Positions 16,108 through 30,213 of a stretch of 64,000 nt of DNA are shown here, piece after piece. Numbering within the stretch: position 1 is the stretch's first letter; each line of letters begins with the position of its first letter. A model generated the notes under the pieces. The model saw nothing but the letters and a program-made list of their open reading frames with translations. It made no database searches and had not been told where the DNA came from. Position numbers and translations under genes: made by a program. Source of the DNA: Octopus vulgaris (lineage: Eukaryota). Location: the NCBI GenBank assembly GCA_951406725.2, contig OX597830.1, forward strand, positions 18,848,001-18,912,000, given 5' to 3'.

Positions 16108-16847
16108 ATGGTATAACTTATGTGTAAATGTGATGTATTTAGTATGGTACAAATTTTAATACAGTATTTACCATACTTCTTTATTAATGAAATTCATTAT
16201 CTGTTTGTGTGAATTAGCAAAAGACAATTAGAAAAATTCATATTGTAGTTTATACACAGAATAAGTCTTCAATCCATGAAAAATTGCTGCTAATCTTTAG
16301 CCTCCTCCATTCACCAAAAAAAAAGGGGTTTTGTTTTTAATAAGAGGTTGACTCGAGTCATTGTCACTTTTTAATGTTTGCATGAGTGGATACAATGACT
16401 ATGTATATGAATTATTTTATAAATAAATATCTGAGTTGAGGTTGTACGTTAGCTGAATACTTTAATGTTATTTTTCTAACTTGCTGGTATAGTGGCAGCA
16501 AGTTTGAAAAAAGAAAAAAAAGCTACCTGGCACTAACAAATGATGATTGCACACATTTGTAATTAGAAAAATTTGATTTTTCTCATGGATTATTTACCAG
16601 TGGTGGCACATCAATAAAGTCAGGGCATTATTAACTTGATGAGTAGGTGGGAAGAATCATTACATTCTAGGGTTGAAAGTGAGTTGCAAATTTAGTTGGC
16701 ATTTTGTGACTAACCACACTTGCTGTGCCAAAACAATTTTTCTTCAGTTGGTTCCAGAGAAGTATAGTTAATTGAATTGAACCTCAAGAAAACTTACTAA
16801 TGATCATTTCTTTGATAGGACACAAGGTTAAGTCCTGAATGCTCTTT

Positions 16848-17036
16848 TTAATCCTTTTGATACCAACTTGCCTTGAGACTGCCCTGTCCCTGGTTCTATA
16901 TGAACTTCCTGTTTTAAAATGATCTAAAAAACCCTCCTACAAAATTTCATTTGTTCTAAGCACCACTGTAATAAAGACCAGGTTATTTTACTAAATTCTT
17001 ATTTTCAAAATTAAAACAAGGTAATAAAAGGGTTAA
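16848..17036. mobile_element. piggyBac-type MITE (related copy 14823-15245)
   Basis: TTAA-TCCTTTTG ... AAAAGGG-TTAA termini; body shared with 14823-15245. Confidence 0.65.
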
Positions 17037-17617
17037 GACTCATTTGAAATATGCCACAATATGATGTTCCAAGAAGTTAACCTCTGTGTTTGCTAGAAAC
17101 ATCAGCAAAATCTACCAATTGCTTGCTACTAGCTGAAAAACAAAATACATTTGCATAGTCACAGCTGGAATATTGTTGATCAGCGTTAAACATTGTTTTT
17201 GGTATACTGGTCTTCAGTTTACATTAACCAGTCACTGTCGCCATAGATCTACTCAGAGTTGATAGACTAACACAATCATCATTTACCTGTTATCTCGACA
17301 CCCTTTCAAAGCCTACACCACAATGTAAGGTGATGTTGACATTTCATCAGAAATGCACAAACTTCAATCCATAAACAAACAAAAATCAAAGCATGCTCTC
17401 TTAGCTTTCTACATTTTTTTTTTCTTCCATCTACTAAATTTGCCCAGGGATATGTTAGTTGTTCCAAAGCAAACAATTAACCACACATCCATGCCAGCAT
17501 ATACACACATGTACACAATAAATACAGCATAGCCAAATGGTTATGTAGTTTGTTTTTTAATCATGAGGCCTTGGGTTCAATCTCCTCTGTATGACAACTT
17601 TGGTAAGTCTTTTATAA

Positions 17618-17879
17618 CAGTGGTTCTCAATAGGGGTAAATATGATCCCTGAGTGTCCACATAAGATTTTGTTGGGGTTCACACAAGCAAAATAGTATTC
17701 TGGAGGTCTATGAAAAAATTTTGCTCTAGATGTATTTACTGCAAGAAACGGCTAGGTTTCTTTCTTAACCCTCACAATGTGTGAAAAACAGAATAGGAAT
17801 TTAAAGTACCTACAAAACGAGATTATAATCATCAAATGGTTATGGGGGTCCATAGATAAAATATGGTTGAGAATTACTG
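17618..17879. mobile_element. hAT MITE (same family as 43585-43890; related 18278-18496)
   Basis: CAGTGGTTCTCAA / TTGAGAATTACTG TIRs; degenerate TSD TTTTATAA/TTCTATAG. Confidence 0.75.
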
Positions 17880-20516
17880 TTCTATAGCTTCAGATTGACA
17901 CAACCCTTGAGTGGAAATATGGTAGGCTGTTTGGGTTGTAACTGATTCTAAGGTCCAGCTTCTGTGACACTGATTCTACTTAAGGATTACGATTGCATAT
18001 TAGAGCACACATGTCCGTGGTATACTCAGTCACTTAATGCTAATTTATTCTTATGCATGTTTCAGTCTGTGGACTGTGGCCAGGCTGAGGCACTACCCTG
18101 AAGGGTTTAGGGTTTATTTGAACTAATCAACCCTAGTAATTAATTTTTTGAAGCGTGACAATTGTTTTATCACTTTCGATAAACAGCTTAGTTATGGGAA
18201 TGTAAACAAACCCACACTGGTTAGGCAGTGTGGTGACAAACACAAGGACATGCATGTGTGTACAAATTCTCTGTAGCAGTGGTTCTCAACTAGGGAGTCC
18301 ATTAAAGATTATATTACAATTTATCTGCAATACATTTGTTTCTAATATACCCAAAATATTTTTGCAATTTTTCAAAATAGAATTCCTTATATTATGAAAA
18401 TATGGGAATTTTTAAAACTTCAATTGGCTAGAAGGGTCCAGTCAAGTAAAATAGGAACCAAAAGGGTCCATAGATACAAGATGGTTGAGAAATACCTCTA
18501 TGGGTTTTCATTGATTCCATCTACCAAATTTAATATATATATGTATGTATTTGTCCCTAATCAATGCTGGTGTGTTTACGTCCCCATGACTTAGCAAGAG
18601 ACTGATAGAGTAAGTGTCAGACTTAAGAAAAAACTAAGTACTAGAATTGATTTGTTCGGCTAAAATTCTTTCGGGTGGTGCTCTAGCATGGCCACAGTCT
18701 GGCGTCTTAAAAATCGTTTTCATGTCTGTTTTTGCATGTTTGTGCCCACCACCACCACTGCTTGACAACCGATGTTGGTATGTTTACATCCCTGTAACTA
18801 AGCAGTTCAGCAAAAGAGACTGATAGAATAAGTACTAGGTTTACAAAGAGTAAGTCCTGGGGTAGATTTGTTTGACTAAAGGCAGTGCTCCAGCATGGCT
18901 GCTGTCAAATGACAAGCAAGTAAAAGAGAATATATATATATTTATCTTTTGTCTTATATGTGTTTTAGTCATTAGACTCTGGCCATGCTAGGGCACCACT
19001 TTGAAGAATTTTTCATTGAATGAATCGACCCCCAGTAATTATTTTTTAAAACCTGGTACTTATTCTATCAAAATCTCTTCCCAAACCACTAAATTAGAGG
19101 GGTGTAAACACACCAACACTGGTTGTCAAGCAATGGCGGGGGACAAATATAAACGCAAAGACTTACACCAACATATGATGGGCTTCTTACAGTTTCCGCC
19201 TACCAAATCAACTCACAAGGCTTTGGTCAGCCCAAGACTATGGAACTGGTTGGGAAGCAAGCTTCTCACCACACGGCCATGCCTGCACCTATATATATTT
19301 TGCTTCAATCATTGGACTGTGTCCATGCTGGAGCACCACCTTGATGGGTTTAAATCAATCTCAGTACTCATTTTTTTTAAAATCTGAGACTTTACTGACC
19401 TTTCTTGCTGAACTGCTAAGTTACAAGGATGTAAACAAACCAACACTTGTCAAGTGATGGAGGGACAATACATATGTGTGTGTATATTTTCTTTTACTTG
19501 TTTCAGTCATCTAACTGTGGCCATGCTGGAGCACTGCCTTTCGACAAATCAACCCTAGGACTTTTTCTTTGTAAGCCTAGTACTTATTCTATCAGTCTCT
19601 TTTGCTGAACTGCTAAGTTATGGGGGATGTAAACATACCCACATCGGTTGTCAAGCAGTGGTGGTGGGGACAAACAGACACAAACATATACATACACACA
19701 TGTGTGGGCTTCCACACAGTTTCCATCTATATTCACTCACAAGGCATTGGTCAGCTTGGAGCTATGGTAGATGATGCTGAGCAGTGGGATTGAACTGAAA
19801 AACCACATAGTTGCAAAGCAAGCTTTTTAACCACACAGCTATACCTGTACCTATACTCTCTTTTTTACTTGTTTCAGTCATTTGACTGTGGCCATGCTAG
19901 AGCACCTACTTTAGTCAAGCAAATCGACCCCAGGACTTATATAACTAAAAGTTGTTTTTTTTTCTCAATTTCATTACAACAACTTATGGTAAAAATCAGA
20001 GGTGCTCGTTAATAAAGGTAAATACTTATTCCGTAGCACTAGAATGATAAATTAATTGGTCATTTGATATTTAGAAATGATCATTGACAGGGAATCATTA
20101 ACTGACTTAGGAACTGAGAGTTGTGATGTTCATGCCTCTTCACAAAGGCACAGCAAAGTAGATGAAATAGTCACAACTAGGACAAACAAAAATTACTGGT
20201 TTAGTGAACTCAAACCTTACTTTCTGTTCTGCTGTTTCACATTGTGGCTCTTGTTTATACATAATATATTGATTTTTTTTTTTTTATTATTATTAACAGG
20301 TGACAAGTATACCTGTGCTGAAGAGGATTACTTCCAAACCACCTGGTTTCAAGTTCATTCCCACTGTGTGGCACTTTGGTTATGTGTTCTACAGTCTTTG
20401 TTCAAGCCAAGCTGCCTTGTGAGTGGATTTGGTAGATGCAGGCTCAAAGAATCCCCATCTTGTCTTCACATCACATGATAGTTGTAAGCATGTGTCATTG
20501 TCATACAAGCAGTGTA

Positions 20517-21278
20517 CAGTGATCCCTCGCTACTTCGTGGTTCAGCTATCGTGGATTCATGACTTCGCAGATTTAAAAAAAAAATATATATATATATGAA
20601 CACCTAAAATTTTTTATTAAATCCAAAGAAGAAGAAACACAGCAGGAAACAAGAAGTTGTCGACCAAACTGGCTTGACTTTGGAACGGCTGGCCAAGCTC
20701 TGTAACCTGGCTAAAGAATTGAAAGAGGGGTCACAGGAATGGGATGATGATATGGTTCGTTGTGTGCAATTTTGCAACAAGGTCGACGAAGTCATGAATC
20801 CCTACAAGATGCTCTTTGAATGGAAAAAGAAGCAGCGGCAGCAACTTCTTACCACAATGTTTTTGCAGCCTTGCAAAAGAGAGCCAGTTCCTGCTGCTGC
20901 TACTACTATTGCTGCACCTTCGGAAGAAGTGGAAGAGGTGTCCCAGGAAAGGGCACTGCCGTCAGCTTCATCATCATCATCATTTCTACTGTGCAGCAAA
21001 TTCATCACCATCATCATTAAAATTTTACTTCAACTTCTTTCATATTGAGTACTGTAACAACCTTTATTTTTTAAAAATCTAAAGTGTTATTGCTTAACAG
21101 TTGTCCTTGTTATTAATAGACTACTGTAATGGGTGGGTTGTTAACAGTTCAGGGAGGGTTTTCAAAGTCCAAATACACGTTAAATAAATACTGTAAATAT
21201 GGTGTCCTTACTGCATGGAAATTCAGTTATCGCTGCCTGTCTCAGAACCAATCAACCGCGATAAATGAGGGATCACTG
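20517..21278 (+). mobile_element. Internally deleted Tigger/pogo DNA transposon
   Basis: TIRs CAGTGATCCCTC / GAGGGATCACTG with TA TSDs; residual ORF LTLERLAKL...EWDDDM...KKKQRQQLLTTMFL resembles a Tigger transposase C-terminus. Confidence 0.85.
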
Positions 21279-22096
21279 TATTATGTTTCCAATCTTTTGT
21301 ATAAGTGTCTGGTTATAGAAAATATTACCGTGCTTGGAAACAGGTGTGGGTTGGTGACAGATAGGGCTTCCACCTTAAGAAAAAACAGGTTCAAATTCTG
21401 TCTAACTCATGAGAGCATAGAAAGTGGATGTTAAAACTGAAAAATTTTGTAGGGAAAGGGCTATAGTTGATTTAAATTGATTATAGCTTTAGTTTTATAA
21501 ACGTGGGATAGATTCAAGGCAAAGGTGACCCAAGAAGGATTTGAACATGAAGATTGTAAAGAAACCATTGTAAAACTCCACATATACTGTCTTTTTTTTT
21601 TTCAACAAAATTGTCATCATTTTAACATCCCCTCTCTTATACTTACATGGGTCAGACAAGAATTAGTTGAAGGAGGTTTCTACCGCATCACTTGTTTTCA
21701 GTGAAAACCTGAAATGTATGAAAAATGCATTTTATGGTGGTAACCTTCATTTAGAGCTATTGCATGATGTTCAGACCAGGAAACACAAACTAACATCATC
21801 ATCATCGTTTAACGTCCGTTCTCCATGCTAGCATGGGTTGGACGGTTCGACCGGGGATCTGGGAAGCCAGAAGGCTGCACCAGGCTCCAGTCTTATCTGG
21901 CAATGACTGAGCTTTCAGTTTCTCTCTACTAAATCCACTCACAAAGCATTAGTTGGTCACTGTGTCACCTACTGGGACTGAACCTGAAACTGTGTGGCTT
22001 GGAAGTAAACTTTTTAACCACATAGCCATGCCTTGACTGAAATTAGGGGTAACTGCAACACATGGCGTTAGCCCACTGGCATTTTTCACAACCCAT

Positions 22097-22316
22097 TAAC
22101 CTTTTAGCATTCGGGTTACTCTACCAAGATGCAATGCTTATGTATTCACAGTGTTTTGAATTAATCATGCTGTATCTCATTGCTTTGGGATTTCAGTGGT
22201 GTGATTCATTATTTTTAGGATGACATTGTAGGGTAGGTGTGAGAGGCCAGATCTGGCAATTTGAACACAAAGTAGGTAGAATATATAGGTTTCATATGGT
22301 CAGTTTAAAGGGTTAA
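22097..22316. mobile_element. piggyBac-type MITE (inverted copy 27028-27254; copy 58363-58570)
   Basis: TTAA-CCTTTTAGC ... AAAGGG-TTAA termini; three related copies in the window. Confidence 0.75.
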
Positions 22317-22657
22317 AGATTAAGAAAAATGAAATAATGTAAGAAAGCATATTATTAAAAAGCAAAAAAATATACAAGGCAAGTGAGCTGGCAAGATTGT
22401 CAGCACATTGGACAAAATTATTAGTACCAGTTGAACAGTGGAGTTGATGTAATTGACTAACGTTCTAAAGCTGCTGGCCTTGTGCCAAAATTTGAAGGAA
22501 TTACACTTATATTTTATATGAAATGAATATTAAAATACAGTTTTGGATTATAGTAGATTATCTGCTCTTGTATCTGTTATGTACCACTGCATATTATATG
22601 GGGTAACACAAGGTTTTCAGACAACTGAGGTCCAAAAATATTGATTGTGGTAGCATA

Positions 22658-23030
22658 GGTATAGGAGTGGCTGTGTGGTAAGTAGCTTGCTTACCAACCA
22701 CATGGTTCCGGTTTCAGTTCCACTGCGTGGCACCTTGGGTAAATGTCTTCTACTATAGCCTCGGGCCAACCAAAGCCTTGTGAAAGGATTTGGTAGATGG
22801 AAACTGAAAGAAGCCCGTCATATATATGTTTGTGTGTCTGTGTTTGTCCCTCCCCCCACCAACATCGCTTGACAACCGATGCTGGTGTGGTTACATTCCC
22901 GTAACTTAGCAGTTCGGCGAAAGAGACCAATAGAATAAGACCACTAGAATAAGTCCTGGGGTCGATTTGCTCGACTAAAAGGCAGTGCTGCAGCATGGCC
23001 ACAGTCAAATGACTGAAACAAATAAAAGAG
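22658..23030 (+). mobile_element. SINE family A, full length
   Basis: Head to (AAAGAGT) tail; matches the other copies. Confidence 0.9.
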
Positions 23031-23661
23031 TATAATAATATGTGTACTTTTGTAATAGTATTCTTCTGATTTGACCATCTGTCTTGATAACCCTCATAGT
23101 TTTACTGACTTCATCAGCTGTCCTACTAAATCTCTCACACATCATATCCAGACGTAAGCTACCGAGTAAGAAGTCAGTGAGGGAGCTAGTAGACAGTCTC
23201 TCAACCTATAAGAAATATAGCAGCCACATATCCCTGAAAACACACTTGATTGTTTAAAAAAAAACAAAAAAAAAACAAACAAACACATCAGGAATGTCTG
23301 TGATCATAGATATGCTTGGTCGGACCTGACCTAGGGCTAAACATCAATAATGGTTTGTGCTGCAAGTCTAAAATATTTTGTATATTCTAAGTTAATTGCT
23401 CAGTTGGAGATGACCTAGGGTTAAACATCAGTAACAACCTACACTGCAAGTCTATGTACCGAGGTGAGAAACAGGGGAAGTAATTCATGTTGCAAAATTT
23501 CTCATACAAACAACCCATCACTGAGATGCAATTAAAGATACTATCACTGCAACTACTGAATATAGCCAATGTGCGAGCCTCTCATCAGCTATGTTCTGAA
23601 TTAAAATTCTGCTAAGGTTGACTTTGCCTTTAATCCTTTCATAAAGGATTAAATAAGCATA

Positions 23662-24060
23662 GGTGCAGGAGTGGGTGTGTGGTAAGTAGCTTGCTTACCA
23701 ACCACATGGTTCTGGGTTCAGTCCCACTGTGTGGCACCCTGAGCGAGTGTCTTCTACTATAGCCTCGATCTGACCAAAACTTTGTGAGTAGATTTGGTAG
23801 ATGGAAACTGAAAGAAGCCCATCATATATATGTATATATATATATGTGTGTGTGTGTTTGTATGTCTGTGTTTGTCCCCCCCAACATCGCTTGACAACCG
23901 ATGCTGGTGTGTTTCTGTCCCCGTAACCTAGCAGTTTGGCAAAAGAGACCGCTAGAATAAGTACTAGGCTTACAAAGAATAAGTCCTGGGGTCAATTCGC
24001 TCAACTAAAGGCAGTGCTCCAGCATGGCTGCAGTCAAATGACTGAAACAAGTAAAAGAGT
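23662..24060 (+). mobile_element. SINE family A, full length, inserted into an older family B copy
   Basis: Full head-to-tail copy; family B sequence stops at about 23657 and resumes at about 24061. Confidence 0.9.
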
Positions 24061-24576
24061 AAGTACCAGTTGAGCATAGGGGTCAATGTAATTGGCTTAA
24101 CCCCTCCCCTGAATTCACTGACCTCAAGCCAAAATTTAAGAGAGGGCAATGAGCTGGTAGAATTGTTAGCATGTCCTGTTAAATGCTTGGTGGCATTTAC
24201 GTTCTGAGTTCAAATTTCGCCAAGGTCAATATTGGCTTTCATTCTTTCAGGTTTACTAAAATAAGTACCAGTTGGGCACAAGAGTTGATGTAACCGATTT
24301 TACCCCATCCCCCGAACTTGCTGGCCTTGTGCCAAAACTTGTAACCAATATTTAAATAAGAGATGGACATATTGGATAATGCTAATGTAGTGCCTGGATA
24401 CATCGGAATAAAAGTTAAGCCAAATACTGTTGGGATGCTGGTAAAATGGTAAGAAGATAGCGTGAGGATGACAGTTATTTGATCGACTATCCACATGTCA
24501 TACGCCTATTAGGGTTTACCTGAGACTAAAAAACAATCACAACTGAATCAGTCAGCATTAATCATTATCATTATAA

Positions 24577-24815
24577 GGCAGCAAGCTGGCAGAATCGTTA
24601 GTATGCCAGGCGAAATGCTTAGCGGTATTTCGTTTGCTGTTACGTTCTGAGTTCAAATTCCGCCTAGGTCGACTTTGCCTTTCATTGTTTCGGGTTCGAT
24701 AAAATAAGTACCAGTTATGCACTGGGGTCGATGTAATCAACTTAATCCGTGTGTCTGTCCTTGTTTGTCCCCTCTGTGTTTAGCCTCTTGTGGGTAGTAA
24801 AGAAATAGGTATTTC
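24577..24815 (+). mobile_element. SINE family B
   Basis: ggcagcaagctggcagaatcg...gtcgactttgcctttca...gtgggtagtaaagaaatagg. Confidence 0.9.
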
Positions 24816-24892
24816 GTCACGCGCCAGGCAAAATGCTTAGCGGTATTTTGTCTGCCATTACGTTCCAAGTTCAAATTCTGCCGTTTTTATCA

Positions 24893-24935
<43 letters not shown>

Positions 24936-25507
24936 TACATATATATATATATATATTTGTGTGTGTGTTTGTCAGTCCTTCACCACTGCTTGATGACTGG
25001 TATTGGTTTGTTTACATCCCCATAATTTTGTGGTTTGGCTAAAAGCGACTATAAAATAAGCATGACACTTAAAAAAAAAATACTGTGGTCATTTCACTCA
25101 ACTAAGGAATTTTTCAAGGTGTGCCACAGCATGGCCACAGTCTAATGACTGAAACAAATATAATTTTTAAAAATAAAATGAGGAGTTACGGGTCAATTGA
25201 CTTAACTCTCACACAAGAAAGTGAACTTTCATCTTTAATAATATTATATCATGTCCTGTGATCTATTAGTTTTTTGATAAATACTTTTTATAATGATCTG
25301 CTCACTGCATTTACAGTGGTGACAGAGACAAGGGAACATTTTTGTAACTTGGAACAGATATAGCAGGATATTTTTGTTGAAGAAGCACTGGTTTTTCTTT
25401 TGTTTTCAAAAGATATTTACATCTTTAGCCAAGTAACATTTGCAAAAGGACACACACATACACACACATAGAAAAAAACAAAGAAGCAAAACAAAACAAA
25501 TAAGCCA

Positions 25508-25865
25508 TAGGAGTAGCTGTGTGGTAAGTAGCTTGCTTACGAACCACATGGTTCCAGGTTCAGTCCCACTGCGTGGCACCTTGGGCAAGTGTCTTCTACT
25601 ATAGCCTCAGGCCGTCCTAAGCCTTGTGAATGGATTTGGTAGATGGAAACTGAAAGAAGATAGTCGTACATATGTATGTATATATATATATGTATGTATG
25701 TGTGTGTATATGTTTATGTGTCTGTGTTTGTCCCCCCAACAGTGCTTGACGACTGATGCTGATGTGTTTACATCCCTGTAACTTAGCAGTTCGACAAAAG
25801 AGACCGATAGAATAAGTACTAGGCTTACAAAGAATAAGTCCTCGGGTCGATTTGCTCGACTAAAG
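25508..25865 (+). mobile_element. SINE family A, 3' truncated
   Basis: Matches the family sequence up to ctcgactaaag. Confidence 0.9.
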
Positions 25866-25994
25866 CTCCGGTATCGCCACAGTCACATCCCCACAACAGA
25901 CTTGGTCACCTAGATAGCGGAAGCTATCAACTGCTTCTGGTTTCTCCCCCTGGCATGTGATAGAATCTGTTTTCTGAGCATCTGCGGTGTTTAT

Positions 25995-26310
25995 AAGTGG
26001 AAATCCGAAGGAGCAATATCTGGTGAATAATGGAGGGTGGGGTAACACATCCCAGCCGAGCTGCAACAATTTTTGTCTGGTTCCTAAAGCATCAAGTGCC
26101 GAAAATGAACTTTCTTATCAATCATTTTAAAGGGTTACAAAATTAAAACAGGTTATAGGAACCTAAATCTTCTTCCACGAAAAGATAGCTTAAACTGTTC
26201 TCTAAATGGAGGTGTAAGTCAAATCCTATTTTATGGACTCAACCATGTTCTAAAATAAGTCGAAAGGTAAGCTACTATAAATCGGCACGAACTTTCCAGA
26301 CAACCCAATA
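25995..26310 (-). mobile_element. Mariner transposon remnant (5' TIR and fragment)
   Basis: Minus strand TA-TTGGGTTGTCTGGAAAGTTCGTGCCGATTT TIR; frameshifted LGWDVLPHPP.YSPDIAPSDFHL motif. Confidence 0.75.
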
Positions 26311-26324
26311 CATTTATATAATGA

Positions 26325-26645
26325 AATTATTGTATACAGTGCTCAGGTGCACCACAACTTGTCAGAAAGTGCATATAAAGTACATGCAGTAATGTAGAAA
26401 TGTCTGGGAAGCGAACAGTGTATGAGTCAGATACATGCTTGTGTGTGTATGGAGGGGAGAAAATCAAGTGTAGTGTTGGCGAATCTCAGGAAGCATGGAA
26501 GTTTTGAAGGATGCAGTGCTCCGACAACTAACAACCGATGCCGGCAGTTTGTTCCATGCTTCAGCAACTCTTAGCGTGAAAAAATGTTTCCTGAAGTCAT
26601 GGGAGCTGTGCTGTTTTCTTACTTTGTAAATATGTCCACAGGTGT
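26325..26645 (-). mobile_element. CR1-type LINE 3' end (copies 55185-55515 +, 58602-58830 -)
   Basis: Minus translation GHIYKVRKQHSSHDFRKHFFTLRVAEAWNKLPASVVSCRSTASFK; (ATT)n tail in the 58602 copy. Confidence 0.8.
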
Positions 26646-26654
26646 TAGATTTGT

Positions 26655-27000
26655 GCCTATGTAGGGAATGGTAAGGTGCAAATAGAGCCTAGGGAAAAAT
26701 CAGCATTGATAGAATACTCAGAAGTGACACCATTGAGGGTCACACTCATACAATGACAAGAAAGGAATAACCTGATAATGTCGAAAGCATTTCCAGAAAC
26801 CCCATAAGCAGAGAGCACATGAAGCAAACCAGCATGTCAAAACCTATCATAGGATTTGGATATATCAAGAGCTATAGCACGACCCTTTCCTGATTTATCC
26901 TTAAATTGGATGATGTAGTCTGTAATAAATTTCAGAAGAATAGCAGTAGAATGATAGCCACAGAAGCTATACTGAACATCAACAATGAGTTTCAAGAGGC
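26655..27000 (-). mobile_element. Degenerate non-LTR reverse transcriptase fragment (CR1/Jockey-like)
   Basis: QYSF..HSTAILL...GRAIALDISKSYDRF*HAGLLHVLSAYG matches the LDISKAFDxVWH RT motif; has stops. Confidence 0.7.
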
Positions 27001-27329
27001 TGAACCAACCAGTTGCTGAGGAGCCATTTAACCCTTTAGTATTTAAACCGGTCATATCCGGCCAAAATAGTTAATCTGTTTTATGTTCAAACTGACCAGA
27101 TCCAGGCTCTCACACCTACCCCACAATGTTATTCTACATTAAGTAATTACACCATCAAGATCTTGAAGATATGAGATAATGCATGATCAATTCAAATAAA
27201 TGGGAATCAATAGGCATTATGTTTGATAGAATAATCTGAACGCTAAAGGGTTAAAGATCTTGCTAACAAACAAGAAAACACTAACACAATGATGTTTGAT
27301 CCTTAATTTCTAAGAAGCACAAAATTCTA

Positions 27330-27688
27330 ATTTCCTTCAAAGAAGGATGCCCTGACTTCAATGTACTTGTAGTGCTTCAGCCAGTTCATGACAGCCCCAT
27401 GGATGTCCTTCAAAGTGAAGGAGTCCAGGGCTCTTGTGACAGCTTCCTTCATCTTCTTGATGTCTTCAGAACATCTGCCCTGAGATTCTTCTTCAGCTTA
27501 GGGAACAATTAAAAGTTACAGGGAGCAAGGTCTGGACTGTAGAAAGGATAAGGGACAGTAATGATGCCCATCTGTTTTTAGCCCCTTGTGAGCAATAAAG
27601 AAATATATATCAGACTCTGGATGATTAAATTATAACAGTTATTATAGTCCATTGTTGTTAAAGTGTATTGTTGTGCCATTCAAGACAC

Positions 27689-27731
<43 letters not shown>

Positions 27732-28860
27732 ACTACACTCATGGAGTGGTTGGCGTTAGGAAGGGCATCCAGCCGTAGAAACATTGCCAGATCAGACATT
27801 GCCAGACCCCATTTGAACTGTCCAACCCATGCCAGCATGGAAAGCAGATGCTAAACAATGATGATGTTGATGATATAGGCACACAAAGGCGCATGGCCTA
27901 GTTATTAGGGTGTTGCATTCATGATTTAGCAATCGTGGGTTCAATTCCTGAATTGAGCTGCATGTTGTGCACTTGAGCAAAACACTTCATTTCATATTGC
28001 CCCAGTCGATTCAGTTATGAATGGATAACCCTGCAACAAAGGGAATGTCGACCCGCTTGCCTGGCCAGCAGGGTGGGAGCTCATCAATGAGCAGCTTTGG
28101 AAGAAACTTTGCACAAATTTTGTGCATGTTCGGACCTTCATGAATGATTCTGCATACAATTGCTACACCAGCTCCAAACTGTTGCTTATTGTCCTTATAA
28201 GACATTTGTCACTCTTCATCCAGAAAATTGTGAATTTTCTCAGTCAGCCCAATCGTTCTGATGTCCCTCTCCTTCCCACACCTTTCATCAACTCTCACCT
28301 CCTCTCCACCATCTTTGAACCTCTTGTGCTCATGAAAACATCTGGAGCATTTACTCTTTACTTTTTTACTTGTTTCAGTCATTTGACTGCGGCCATGCAG
28401 GAGCACCGCCTTTAGTCGAGCAAATCGACCCCCGGGACTTATTCTTTGTAAGCCCAGTACTTATTCTATCGGCCTCTTTTTTTTTGCTGAACCGCTAAGT
28501 GACGGGGACATAAACACACCAGCATTGGTTGTCAAGCAATGCTTGGGGGACAAACACAGACACGCAAACACACACGCGCATACATATATATATATACATA
28601 TATATGACAGGCTTCTTTCAGTTTCCGTCTACCAAATCCACTCACAAGGCATTGGTCGGCCTGGGGCTATATCAGAAGACACTTGCCCAAGATGCCACGC
28701 AGTGGGACTGAACCCGGAACCATGTGGTTGGTTAGCAAGCTACTTACCACACAGCCACTCCTGCGCCTTTCATAAGTTAATGTAGTATTTTTGCTCAATT
28801 TAACACAAAACTTTATTGCATAATGAGCTTTCAAATTGTCTTCATGTCCCAACTGCATTC
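27330..28860 (-). mobile_element. Fragmented mariner transposase pseudogene with nested SINEs
   Basis: N-term YAIKFCVKLSKNTTLTYE (28860-28768), HKRFKDGGEEVRVDERCG and MHKICAKFLPKLL (28350-28075), C-term YSPDLAPCNF*LFPKLK...CIEV-like (27570-27330); interrupted by SINE A and other repeats. Confidence 0.8.
28351..28767 (-). mobile_element. SINE family A, full length
   Basis: Complete reverse copy splitting the mariner ORF. Confidence 0.9.
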
Positions 28861-29087
28861 TGCAAATTAGTCAACTGTGACAAGCAATATTTAGCATGGT
28901 GTGTGCTCAAAGTGCTGCCACAGATGTCTGTAACAGCTTCAATCTCGAATATCAAAAGCTGATAGGTCAGTTTATTATATGTATAGTAAGGATATACTGA
29001 AGTTACAATAATCTAGGAACCGTCTCACAAAAAATAGTCTCAAAACTTCTGGAATGCACCGTGTGTGTGTGTGTGTGTGTGTGTGGG

Positions 29088-29392
29088 TGGAGGCACAATG
29101 GCCCAGTGGTTAGGGCAGCGGACTCGCAGTCGGAAGATCGTGGTTTCAATTCCCAGAACGGGCATTGTGTGCGTTTATTAAGCAAAAACACATAAAAGCT
29201 CCAGGAAGCTCCGGCAGGGGGTGGTGGTGACCCCTGTTGTAATCTTTCGCCACAACTTTCTCTCACTCTCTCTTCCTGTTTCTTGAGTAACACTGTGATG
29301 GACTGGCATACCATCCAGCTGGGGGGAACACTTACACCACAGAAACCGGGAAACTGGGCCCAGGAGCCTGGCTAGGCTTGAAAAGGGCGAAA
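29088..29392 (+). mobile_element. SINE family C, tail type X (copies 57320-57617 -, 61468-61700 +)
   Basis: tRNA-like head TGGCCCAGTGGTTAGG...GGTTTCAATTCCC; tail gatggactggc...gcctggctaggcttgaaaagggcg. Confidence 0.85.
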
Positions 29393-29928
29393 GAAGAAGA
29401 GGATAGTAAGGATGTACTGAAGTTACAATAATCTAGGAACTGTCCATAAAAAAAGTCTCAAAACTTCTGGAATGCACCGTGTGTGTGTGTGTGTGTGTGC
29501 ATGCATGTTTACATCTCTTTGTCTTGACATCACATGATTGTAGTAACTGAATATAATTCATTTCCATTATTCTGCAGCAGCACGATCAGTTGTGGAGAAA
29601 TATTACCTGGCTTGGAAACAGGCAAGTGTTGGTGCCAGGAAGAGCATCCAGACATAGAAAATCTTCCTCAATAAACTCAGTCTAACCCATGCAAGCATGC
29701 AAAAGTGGTTATGAAATCTGTGATGATAATATTGATTATATTCATATATGAAACAATGCACTAATTTATTAAGTCACAGATGGACTATTTGTATATACAT
29801 ACATACATAAATATATATATATATATATACATACATACACACACACACACATATAAATATACATACATACATATATATATATGGAAAGCGGACGTTAAAC
29901 GATGATGATGATATATACACATACATAC

Positions 29929-29959
<31 letters not shown>

Positions 29960-29964
<5 letters not shown>

Positions 29965-30213
29965 ATAAATATTAGGGAATAAATCCAAATTTACAGGGAA
30001 AAATCAGATTTAGGATCGAATCCAATTTTATAGTAAAATGTTATATAATATTAATTAGAGACAAAACCACTATTATGCAAATCAAACAAAGAAAGACTTA
30101 ATCCAATACATAAAAAATTTTATATAAATTAAATAAAATTAAATTCGCCACTACAATTGTTTCGTGTCTCTTCTAAGGACATTCATCAGGTGGTATTCAG
30201 ATCTTCTATTCAA

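Noticed and set aside
17292-17355. Minus-strand CTGATGA...GAAAgggtGTC hammerhead-like spacing
   Set aside because: Stems I and III do not pair convincingly; at best an ancient decayed copy.
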